In this document: piece after piece, positions 15,529 to 23,106 of the stretch
Layout: the number at the start of each line of letters is the position of its first letter
Numbering within the stretch: the first letter of the stretch is position 1
Assembly (NCBI GenBank): GCA_041572575.1
Contig: JBFFSH010000039.1
Span: 1-23,106 of the forward strand
Reading direction: 5' to 3'
DNA: 23,106 nt
Source of the DNA: Thermodesulfobacteriota bacterium
GTDB lineage: Bacteria > Desulfobacterota_D > UBA1144 > Nemesobacterales > N074bin48
Notes under the pieces: generated by a model
Told to the model about the DNA's origin: nothing
The model's input: only the letters and a program-made list of their open reading frames with translations
Database searches by the model: none
Program-made: the position numbers and the translations under genes

Positions 15529-15537
15529 TAGCTATAG

Positions 15538-16404
15538 ATGAGTAATTTAACCCAAAGAATTTTAACTGCAATTGTAGGTGTGCCGATTCTTCTGCTGGTG
15601 TTTTATTTTGGCAGTATCTATTTTCTTGCATTCATTTTGTTAATAGTTGCACTCGGCTCTTATGAATTCTTTAGTCTTGTAGATAATAGAAACCTGGATA
15701 ATAAAAAAATACTGGGGATTTTATTCTGTATTATACTTCCTGTTGGAGCCTATTTTGGCTATCTCTATTTTATTTTTCTATTTACACTTGTTTCGATATC
15801 AACGCTTTTTATTCATCTGCAAAAACAGGACCTTTCAAATACACTTATGGGAGCTGGAACTAAATTTCTTGGAATTGTGTACATAGGCTGGTTTTTGAGC
15901 CATGCGGTTCTTATAAGAAATGTTAATAACAGCAGCTTTCCATATCTGGACGCTTCAAATATCAAGACAACAGACATCGGATTTTTCTGGATAGTATTTG
16001 CAGTGGCCTGCACGTTCTTAAACGATACAGGCGCTTATTTTGTAGGAAAAGCCAAGGGAAAGACAAAATTAGCTCCAAGGTTAAGCCCGGGCAAAACAGT
16101 TGAAGGCACAGTTGCGGGCATAGCTATGGCATGTATATGCGGAGTATTCATTAACCTTATTTTTCAGGGTCCTATAGAATACAGCTGGGCGCTGCTCATG
16201 GGGTTTGTAGTGGGTGTTATTGCAGTATTTGGAGACCTGATAGAATCTATGTTTAAAAGAAGTGTTAGTATAAAAGATTCAGGCGGTTTACTTCCGGGGC
16301 ATGGCGGGGTATTGGACAGGTTTGACAGCCTTATACTTGTATTTCCTGTTATGTATTATCTCATCTTATTGTATTATCTAAGAGACAATTATCTTATTTT
16401 TTAG
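15538..16404 (+). CDS. cdsA: Phosphatidate cytidylyltransferase
   Basis: QRILTAIV, NDTGAYFVG, KLAPRLSPGKTVEG, FGDLIESMFKR...KDSGGLLPGHGGVLDRFDSL signature. Confidence 0.96.
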   Translation: MSNLTQRILTAIVGVPILLLVFYFGSIYFLAFILLIVALGSYEFFSLVDNRNLDNKKILGILFCIILPVGAYFGYLYFIFLFTLVSISTLFIHLQKQDLSNTLMGAGTKFLGIVYIGWFLSHAVLIRNVNNSSFPYLDASNIKTTDIGFFWIVFAVACTFLNDTGAYFVGKAKGKTKLAPRLSPGKTVEGTVAGIAMACICGVFINLIFQGPIEYSWALLMGFVVGVIAVFGDLIESMFKRSVSIKDSGGLLPGHGGVLDRFDSLILVFPVMYYLILLYYLRDNYLIF

Positions 16405-17722
16405 ATATTAAATCCTTAAAACTGAGCTCTTTTACAGAAGAGTCTATTGAACCTTCAATTTTATTCATAACTTCACTTATTTTCTGATCATTGAGATAAT
16501 TGGATTCTATAAATTCTTCATTTACGGGATTTGATCTTGCAGAGCTTAATACATCGGAAACCGAGATCTTTTCAAGGTCTTTAGCCGGCACATAAGCAGT
16601 TGGATCATTATTCGTTTCAATAAGCAGGTTGTTTCTTACAAGATTTTCAAGTGATTCGTGAATATCATCCTGGTGAAGACCAATGGTATCTGTAAGGTTT
16701 TGGAGTGTGAGGTTTTCCTTGCTGTTATAAAAATTTTGGGAAATTAGAAGCATTATTCTCAGTGACAATCTTTCTTTTAGTCTGTTGCTAAGCTTGAATG
16801 CATTTTCTTTAATATGTAAAAAATTGATGTTTTGATGGCAGAAGGATATTTGAGCCCCAATTAGCAGAACAATATAATTCAGATAGAGCCAGAGCAAGAA
16901 GATAATGATCACAGCAAAGCTAGAGTAAATTACGGCTGTATTTGCTGAAATTAACACACCGAGCTTAAAAAGTAGATTAATTAATTGCCAGAGTATTGTT
17001 GCAATAAATGCTCCAAGCATTGCTGAAAGAATTTTTACATTGGTATTCGGTATTAGCTTATATACGAAGGTAAAAATAAAGAATACTATGAACAGAGGTA
17101 GTATTTTACTTATATACACGAATATGAATCCCAGGGGTTCTACAGATAGAATCTTTTGTACAAGAGTATTACTTGAAGCCGTAGCGGTAAGACCAATCGC
17201 TATAAAAAATAACACGGGTCCAATCAGAGTTATACTAAGATAGTCGCTCAGTCTTCTCATAAAACTTCTGCCGCTTTTTACTTTCCATATATGGTTTAGA
17301 GAATCTTCAAGCCTCTTTATTAGAGAAATAACTGTATAGAATAAAAGACCAAATCCCACACCACCAAGAACCTTGACGTTAACATTAGATACGAATTCAA
17401 TTATTTTTTCCGTTATTTGAGAACCCTTATCACCAAGCGGTTGAAGTATGTTTAAAAGAGTGGGTTCAAGCTGGTTATGTACTCCAAATCCTTTTAGCAC
17501 AGAAAAGCTGACAGCAAGAAATGGAATGAGAGAGATAATGGTTATATACACAAGACCCATTGCCCTAAGGTTAAGTTCATTCTTTGTGTATTCCCTAATT
17601 GACGCAAATAGCAGTCTTGTAACTTTTATTAAGAATGCTTTAAACTCACCTACATTCCCTAGGTCTATATACCAGAGTGTTTTAGTAAAAAAATCGGTAA
17701 CTTTTTTAAAATAGCTGCTCAT
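16394..17722 (-). CDS. YihY/virulence factor BrkB family membrane protein with C-terminal winged-helix (Rrf2-like) domain
   Basis: LRAMGLVYITIISLIPFL, LEDSLNHIW, VYKLIPNTNVK, IYSSFAVIIIFLLWLYLNYIVLLIGAQIS; soluble tail with LVRNNLL...YVPAKDLEKISVSDVL. Overlaps the cdsA 3' end by 11 bp. Confidence 0.9.
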   Translation of the reverse strand: MSSYFKKVTDFFTKTLWYIDLGNVGEFKAFLIKVTRLLFASIREYTKNELNLRAMGLVYITIISLIPFLAVSFSVLKGFGVHNQLEPTLLNILQPLGDKGSQITEKIIEFVSNVNVKVLGGVGFGLLFYTVISLIKRLEDSLNHIWKVKSGRSFMRRLSDYLSITLIGPVLFFIAIGLTATASSNTLVQKILSVEPLGFIFVYISKILPLFIVFFIFTFVYKLIPNTNVKILSAMLGAFIATILWQLINLLFKLGVLISANTAVIYSSFAVIIIFLLWLYLNYIVLLIGAQISFCHQNINFLHIKENAFKLSNRLKERLSLRIMLLISQNFYNSKENLTLQNLTDTIGLHQDDIHESLENLVRNNLLIETNNDPTAYVPAKDLEKISVSDVLSSARSNPVNEEFIESNYLNDQKISEVMNKIEGSIDSSVKELSFKDLISKK

Positions 17723-17763
17723 TTAATGATTTGGTTTAAATAATTTCAAAATTGCTCAACTAA

Positions 17764-17790
17764 AGTATAACATATTATTACTAATAATAT
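17764..17790 (-). promoter_or_regulatory. Extended -10 promoter of yihY with 9-1-9 palindrome in the spacer
   Basis: Minus strand TG-t-TATACT (17772-17764); ATATTATTA-C-TAATAATAT perfect palindrome 17772-17790. Confidence 0.45.
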
Positions 17791-17883
17791 AAATAAGTTA
17801 CAATTAATAATTAATGTAATATATAAATAATATCTTAATCTCAACAAATAACCTAAACTAATTTTACTAAAGTTAAATAATAT

Positions 17884-17907
17884 TAGTTAAAGTGCATAGT
17901 TAAAGTG
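17884..17907 (+). repeat. Direct repeat TAGTTAAAGTG x2
   Basis: Copies at 17884-17894 and 17897-17907; partial third AGTTAAA at 17871-17877. Confidence 0.5.
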
Positions 17908-17928
17908 AATTATTAAGTATTTTAATGA

Positions 17929-18801
17929 TTAATTCTTAAAAAAAGATAGTATTTCATCCAGAGTTTCTTGTGGATTTTCTTCTGCAACAAAGTGTCCGCT
18001 GTTAAGTGCTTTGCCGGTTACGTTCTCTGCCTTTTCTTCCCATGTTTGTAGTACATCATAGGTTCTGTGAACAAAACCTTCATTTCCCCATAATACTAAT
18101 AAGGGGCAGATAATCTTGTTATTAAAATCCTTCTCATCATGCTCTAAATCAATTGATGCAGCAGCCTTATAATCTGCACAGCTTGCAGCAATTGCATCTG
18201 GTGAGCTAAAGCATCTTACATATTCAATGACTGCATTATTGTGGAAATCTTTATTCTTACCGCTCCATCGCTTTAACTTCTCAGTTAGATAGTATTCCGG
18301 GTCGCTTCCTATCATTTTTTCAGGCAGGCCTCCTGGCTGAATCAGGAAAAACCAATGATAGTATCCGGTTGCAAAAATTTTATCTGCTTTACTAAACATT
18401 GTGTGTGTGGGAGCGATATCCATAACACATGCTTTTTGAACATTGTCCGGATAATCAAGACACATCCTGTGAACGACCCTGCCACCTCTGTCATGCCCTG
18501 CTACATAAAATTTTTCATAACCAAGAGCTTTCATTACCTCTATCATATCACCAGCCATCGCGCGTTTGGAGTATGTATAGTTATCCTCCGAATTTTCTGG
18601 TTTAGAACTGTCACCATAGCCTCTTAGGTCTGCACATATCACATGAAAATCTTTTGTAAGCTTAGGGGCTACTTTATGCCACATCACATGAGTCTGAGGA
18701 TATCCATGCAAAAGGAGAAGCGGCTTGCCGCTGCCAGCATGTTTAATGTTAATAGTAACTTCTGTAGTTTTTATTTGCTGCTCTTTGAAATCTTTAAACA
18801 T
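17929..18801 (-). CDS. Fluoroacetate/haloacetate dehalogenase (alpha/beta hydrolase)
   Basis: LLLLHGYPQTHVMWH, GHDRGGRV (Asp nucleophile + two Arg), MDIAPT, YYHWFF, CADYKAAA, GHFVAEENP. Confidence 0.85.
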   Translation of the reverse strand: MFKDFKEQQIKTTEVTINIKHAGSGKPLLLLHGYPQTHVMWHKVAPKLTKDFHVICADLRGYGDSSKPENSEDNYTYSKRAMAGDMIEVMKALGYEKFYVAGHDRGGRVVHRMCLDYPDNVQKACVMDIAPTHTMFSKADKIFATGYYHWFFLIQPGGLPEKMIGSDPEYYLTEKLKRWSGKNKDFHNNAVIEYVRCFSSPDAIAASCADYKAAASIDLEHDEKDFNNKIICPLLVLWGNEGFVHRTYDVLQTWEEKAENVTGKALNSGHFVAEENPQETLDEILSFFKN

Positions 18802-18822
18802 AAAGATTAATTTTAAAACGTT

Positions 18823-19752
18823 TTATGGAAGATCGAAACATATTTTTTTAAAATTACAGTTATTGCATCTCCAGTCTTCATCCGTTCTAGGAAATTCACT
18901 AATATCAGCCATATTTTCTTCAGGATCATAAAGGCAGCTTTTCATACTCTTCATGCTATTGTCTATATAATCCTTTGCCTCAGTTATCTCCTGCTCACTG
19001 AATTTATGAACATACTGTTTATTTTCCTGTAGGTTATATTCTATTACGGATAGCTTATCAAGAGGAGTGCCAAGGGTTTCATTTGTGTGAAACACGTATA
19101 CTACAAACTGAAGTGGGTTACTCTCACCGGTACCTGTTTTCCAGTCAACAATCTTTACTTCATCTCCAACTTTATAGGCAAGATCAAGGTTTACATAAAC
19201 AATCTCACCGTTGTAATCAAATGAGGTAGGGGTAATGCTATCTACAGTAATGAGGTTTTCGCATCCGATACTTTTTAGTTCTTCAACAATCTCCGAGCTG
19301 TAAAAATTCTTAATGCACTTAATAACATCGTTATAATTGTCTATCCACTCTTCATCACTAACATCAAGCTCATACTCATGCTCAAAAAGAGCGTTTACTT
19401 TTCTAAGGCTCTTATCGGTAGTCCAATATTCCTTTGCTTTAGAGAACCGGAATTCATCTCTCATAATCCTGGTTGTTCTCTTTACCGAGTTTTCAAAACT
19501 TCCAATACTGTCTGTAGTCTCAAAACTCTTCAGTACCCTCGAAATTTCTTTATGTACGGCATCTCCTTTCCAGATCTTCATATTTACGAGGTTTTTTAGA
19601 ACATATAGAGATCTGGTAACCTCGTCTATCGAATCCCTTTTCCATCCGCCCCAGGAGCCATAATAGTTATAAAAGTACTTTCTCCTGCACTCACTAAAGG
19701 TGTTATCTCTTGAAAATGACCAGCTGAATTCGTTTTTAAACTCTTTTCTCAT
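18823..19752 (-). CDS. PD-(D/E)XK nuclease, Cas4/AddB/RecB-like, with 4Fe-4S ligands
   Basis: SWSFSR..FSECRRKYFYNY, GDAVHKEI, NLDLAY..IVDWKTG..LQFVVY, C-terminal CNNCNFKKIC (1+3 Cys). Confidence 0.88.
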   Translation of the reverse strand: MRKEFKNEFSWSFSRDNTFSECRRKYFYNYYGSWGGWKRDSIDEVTRSLYVLKNLVNMKIWKGDAVHKEISRVLKSFETTDSIGSFENSVKRTTRIMRDEFRFSKAKEYWTTDKSLRKVNALFEHEYELDVSDEEWIDNYNDVIKCIKNFYSSEIVEELKSIGCENLITVDSITPTSFDYNGEIVYVNLDLAYKVGDEVKIVDWKTGTGESNPLQFVVYVFHTNETLGTPLDKLSVIEYNLQENKQYVHKFSEQEITEAKDYIDNSMKSMKSCLYDPEENMADISEFPRTDEDWRCNNCNFKKICFDLP

Positions 19753-20333
19753 TATGCTTTAATATTATAGCTCATTGCCAGATGATTGTTCTTTGATTCA
19801 CCTGAGTTATTCATCATATATTTAAAACCAAGTTTTTCATAAAAACTTCTTGCAGAGAGATTTGCTCTATCTACATGAAGAAGTATCTGCTTTTTGCTTT
19901 GTAATTTAACCAGTTCAATTAAGTAATTTATAGATTTTGTTCCTATCCCTTTGTTTCTGAAATCGGGTTCTATGTATATCAGATCGAGGTATACATCATG
20001 GTCGGTCATCTTAATTTCATTTTCAATTAAGAATATATACAATCTTTGAAAAAACTGATTGAGCTTAAGTGTTAAAAGAAATTTTAAATCATTAAATAAA
20101 CTATTTGATTTTTTTTTGTATGAAAATATTATAATTCCCAGATACATGGATTGTTTAGTTAGAATATGTATATTTTCAAAGTTTAACTGATTATCTGCTA
20201 TATTTTTACTTAGGCTATCCATAAGATTGCTGGATGATGAATAAGTTAAATTGTGATAATCAGTGCTTTTAGCTACAAGTTTTGCAACTTCTACACAGTT
20301 ATGAATGTCTGGATTGAATTTTTGAAAATCCAC
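19752..20333 (-). CDS. GNAT-family N-acetyltransferase
   Basis: YLDLIYIEPDFRNKGIGTK, LLHVDRANLSARSFYEKLGF; GTG start; TAATG stop/start overlap with the nuclease gene. Confidence 0.85.
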   Translation of the reverse strand: MDFQKFNPDIHNCVEVAKLVAKSTDYHNLTYSSSSNLMDSLSKNIADNQLNFENIHILTKQSMYLGIIIFSYKKKSNSLFNDLKFLLTLKLNQFFQRLYIFLIENEIKMTDHDVYLDLIYIEPDFRNKGIGTKSINYLIELVKLQSKKQILLHVDRANLSARSFYEKLGFKYMMNNSGESKNNHLAMSYNIKA

Positions 20334-20440
20334 CTTAATGATTTTTAGTTAAAATTAATAATTTTTTGATTATAAATTAGAATTATTAATATAAAATAAT
20401 TTATCAATTAATAATAGCTTTAAATAATAAAGGGGAGGCT

Positions 20441-21790
20441 ATGGTATTAATAAAAAGAGTTTTTGTATTCTTAATAATAGCAGCGGTTGTAACAGGAGTA
20501 ATTTATTTCTTAAATTACATTGAATGGTATAAACCCCAGGTGCAGGTAGGTCTTGATTCAGGGTTTATTGGCACTAAACCAATTAAAGTTAATATAACCG
20601 ATAAAGGCAGAGGGCTTAAATCAACTGTTGCTAAACTTCAATTTGAAACAGGGTCTGTCACATTAGTACAAAAAAATTATACTGATGCTCCTAAAAGTGA
20701 TTCATTTGATCTTACCCTCGATAAACAAGACCTTACAGAAGGACCTGCAAAACTTATGATTGAAGCTACAGATGGCTCGTATCTAAACTTTTTGCATGGC
20801 AATAAAACAGTTTTTGAAAAAGAAGTAGTAGTGGACACACAGCCGCCATCGATAGAAACGATTAGCTCTCAGGACTATATTAACCACGGTGGAAGCGGGT
20901 TTGTAGTTTACAAAGTATCTTCTGATACGAAATCTTCGGGAGTATTGGTAGGTGATATATATTTCCCCGGTTATAGCGGACATTTTGCTGATCAAAATGT
21001 ATATGTATGTTTCTTTGCATTTCCATACAACATTGATAAAGACTCTGATGTCGTAATAACTGCATACGATAAAGCCGGTAATGTCGCCAAGAACCCTTTT
21101 TACTACAATGTAAAACCTGTGACATACAGGAAAAGCAACATTAATATTAGCGAAAAATTTATTCTCAACAAAATGCAGTCTCTTATCAAGGGACCAAAAC
21201 CATCTGACTTAAAACAAATATTCTTAAAGGTTAACAGTGAACTTCGCAAGGAAAACGATTCAACAATAGCAAATGTATCTAAAGAAACTGAACCAAAGAT
21301 ACTATGGAATGGGAATTTTCATCAGCTCTCGAGGTCTCAGGTGGAGGCCAATTTTGCTGATGAAAGGACATATGTACTAAACGAAGAACCTATAGATAAA
21401 CAGTATCATCTTGGTTATGACCTTGCTGTTACAAAGAGATACCCAATAGAAGCTGCAAATGCCGGAGTTATAAGTTATGCGGGTAGTCTTGGTATTTATG
21501 GAAAGACCGTAATCATCGATCATGGGATGGGGATTACAAGTCTTTATGGTCATATGAGTTCATTGAATGTGAAGGTAGGGGATGTTGTCAAAAGAAAACA
21601 GATCATAGGAAAAACAGGCACTACTGGTCTTGCCGCAGGTGATCATCTGCACTATGGAGTATATATTCAGGGCCATGCTGTAAGGCCCGTGGAATGGTGG
21701 GATCCTAAGTGGATTAAGGACAATGTCGTAACTAAACTGCTCGATGCTGAGCAGGAATTTGGACTAAAGAAGCCAGAAGCTGAAAATTGA
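20441..21790 (+). CDS. M23-family peptidoglycan metallopeptidase with N-terminal membrane anchor
   Basis: HLGYDLA (HxxxD), YGKTVIIDHG, SLYGHMS, GTTGLAAGDHLHYG (HxH); SD GGAGG. Confidence 0.92.
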   Translation: MVLIKRVFVFLIIAAVVTGVIYFLNYIEWYKPQVQVGLDSGFIGTKPIKVNITDKGRGLKSTVAKLQFETGSVTLVQKNYTDAPKSDSFDLTLDKQDLTEGPAKLMIEATDGSYLNFLHGNKTVFEKEVVVDTQPPSIETISSQDYINHGGSGFVVYKVSSDTKSSGVLVGDIYFPGYSGHFADQNVYVCFFAFPYNIDKDSDVVITAYDKAGNVAKNPFYYNVKPVTYRKSNINISEKFILNKMQSLIKGPKPSDLKQIFLKVNSELRKENDSTIANVSKETEPKILWNGNFHQLSRSQVEANFADERTYVLNEEPIDKQYHLGYDLAVTKRYPIEAANAGVISYAGSLGIYGKTVIIDHGMGITSLYGHMSSLNVKVGDVVKRKQIIGKTGTTGLAAGDHLHYGVYIQGHAVRPVEWWDPKWIKDNVVTKLLDAEQEFGLKKPEAEN

Positions 21791-22515
21791 TTATTTACGG
21801 AAAGAATTCAGTCAAAGAGTTTTTATTTAATACCCCATCAGAGATTACAGAGGTTTTCGTATTTAAAGGCTCAAAACAATCTTTTTATTCTGATATAGAA
21901 AAGCTATGTAAAAAGAGCAGGTTAAAGTTAACTGCCTTAAATGAATCAGAAATATCAAAGCTCTGTAAAACTACAAAGCATCAGGGTATAGCAGCAAATA
22001 TTAAGGAATTTGAGTACACCGATTTGGATGATTATCTTAGAGGATCGGATGGTAGTAATTCATCGAATAAACTTGTAGTAGTGTTAGATCATATTGAAGA
22101 CCCCCATAATCTTGGTGCAATAATAAGGTCAGTAAATGTGCTGGGTGGAGATGCTGTGATTATTTCAAAAGACAGGTCATGCGGGATTACTCCTGCTGTT
22201 GTAAAGGCATCATCGGGGGCTGTGAAATATGTACCTGTAATTCAGGAGGTTAATCTTTCAAGGGTGCTTGATAAATTAAAGAAGTCTGATTTTTGGGTGA
22301 TAGGAGCTGATCAGGGTGCCGATAAAAATGTTTACGAACAAGACTTTTCAGATAGAAACATAGCATTGGTCATGGGTTCAGAGGGCAGGGGTCTGAGTAC
22401 TAATATAAAAAAACAGAGCGATTATCTGGTAAAAATTCCTCAGGCAGGGCAAATTACTTCTTTAAATGTGTCGGTTGCCGCAGGGATATTGATCTATGAA
22501 CTAACAAAGAAGTAA
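21787..22515 (+). CDS. rlmB: 23S rRNA (G2251-2'-O)-methyltransferase
   Basis: IYGKNSVKE, KHQGIAA, LDHIEDPHNLGAIIRS, VMGSEGRGL, SLNVSVAAGILIYE; TTG start overlaps the M23 stop. Confidence 0.93.
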   Translation: MIIYGKNSVKEFLFNTPSEITEVFVFKGSKQSFYSDIEKLCKKSRLKLTALNESEISKLCKTTKHQGIAANIKEFEYTDLDDYLRGSDGSNSSNKLVVVLDHIEDPHNLGAIIRSVNVLGGDAVIISKDRSCGITPAVVKASSGAVKYVPVIQEVNLSRVLDKLKKSDFWVIGADQGADKNVYEQDFSDRNIALVMGSEGRGLSTNIKKQSDYLVKIPQAGQITSLNVSVAAGILIYELTKK

Positions 22516-22534
22516 AACATCTTCATTATATTCT

Positions 22535-23106
22535 ATGTCTTTAAATATTAATTCTATTTCTGTTGTACTTCCTGCTTTTAATGAAGAAGAAAATATCGGC
22601 TACACAATACAAAACTGTGTAGATTATATGCAGGTTAATAATTATGATTATGAAGTTATAGTTGTAAATGACGGTTCATCCGACAATACTAAAGATATTG
22701 TTCAAAAAGCAAAAACTGATAACAGCAATGTAGTGCTCGTGGATCACGATATAAATAAGGGTTATGGAGCTGCGCTTAGAAGTGGGTTTGAATCCGCACA
22801 AAAAGATTATGTTTTTTTAATGGACAGTGACAGACAGTTTAATATTGAGGATATAGAAAAACTCTTTCTTTATCTGGATGAACAAACAGTTGTTGTAGGA
22901 TACAGGCAAAACAGGGCAGATCCTGTAATTAGAAAGATTAATGCATATTTATTTCATATATATATTAAGCTTATGTTCGGTCTTAATCTAAGAGATATAG
23001 ATTGCGCATTCAAGGTGTTTCCCACTCAGGCATATCAACAAATAAAACCAATAATCTCAGATGGTGCTCTTTTTAGTACAGAGTTTATTATAAGACTACT
23101 TAATAA
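22535..23106 (+). CDS. GT2 glycosyltransferase (DPM1/polyprenol-phosphate glycosyltransferase-like), 3' end outside window
   Basis: Not in the ORF track. ATG 22535: MSLNINSISVVLPAFNEEENI...EVIVVNDGSSDNT...NKGYGAALRSGF...VFLMDSDRQF...VVGYR...DIDCAFKVF, open to the window end. Confidence 0.92.
   Translation, partial: MSLNINSISVVLPAFNEEENIGYTIQNCVDYMQVNNYDYEVIVVNDGSSDNTKDIVQKAKTDNSNVVLVDHDINKGYGAALRSGFESAQKDYVFLMDSDRQFNIEDIEKLFLYLDEQTVVVGYRQNRADPVIRKINAYLFHIYIKLMFGLNLRDIDCAFKVFPTQAYQQIKPIISDGALFSTEFIIRLLN

Noticed and set aside
18823..19752. CRISPR-associated cas4
   Set aside because: No repeat-spacer array or other cas genes; length fits standalone PD-(D/E)XK nucleases.
20334..20440. TTGAT...ATCAA as an FNR/CRP-type site in the GNAT/M23 divergent region
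   Set aside because: Half-sites are far more than 4 nt apart, and the region is so AT-rich that such matches are expected.
14361..21125. Remaining short antisense ORFs over Rieske, cdsA, yihY, dehalogenase, nuclease and M23
   Set aside because: Shadow ORFs without independent support.

Overview
Bacterial chromosomal window, AT-rich overall and densely coding, with no rRNA, tRNA, CRISPR array, integrase or transposase seen. Left to right: the 3' end of a membrane-anchored S8 subtilase; a tripartite RND efflux operon whose TolC is fused to an N-terminal ABC-type substrate-binding domain; a secreted protein, a YSC84/SYLF lipoprotein and a CusF-like protein; a DNA-repair cluster (endonuclease IV, Rv1830/McdR-like MerR regulator, GC-rich Y-family polymerase with a long inverted repeat in its promoter); a toxin-antitoxin hotspot (higBA, FAD oxidoreductase, phd/yefM-vapC flanked by a 9-bp direct repeat, then an unannotated decayed second higA); a Rieske ferredoxin; a PurN-like protein lacking catalytic residues, divergent from cdsA across only 25 bp; YihY/BrkB; a GNAT - Cas4/AddB-like nuclease - fluoroacetate dehalogenase operon; and M23 peptidase, rlmB and a GT2 running off the end. 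All family calls come from motif recognition by eye, not from database searches.
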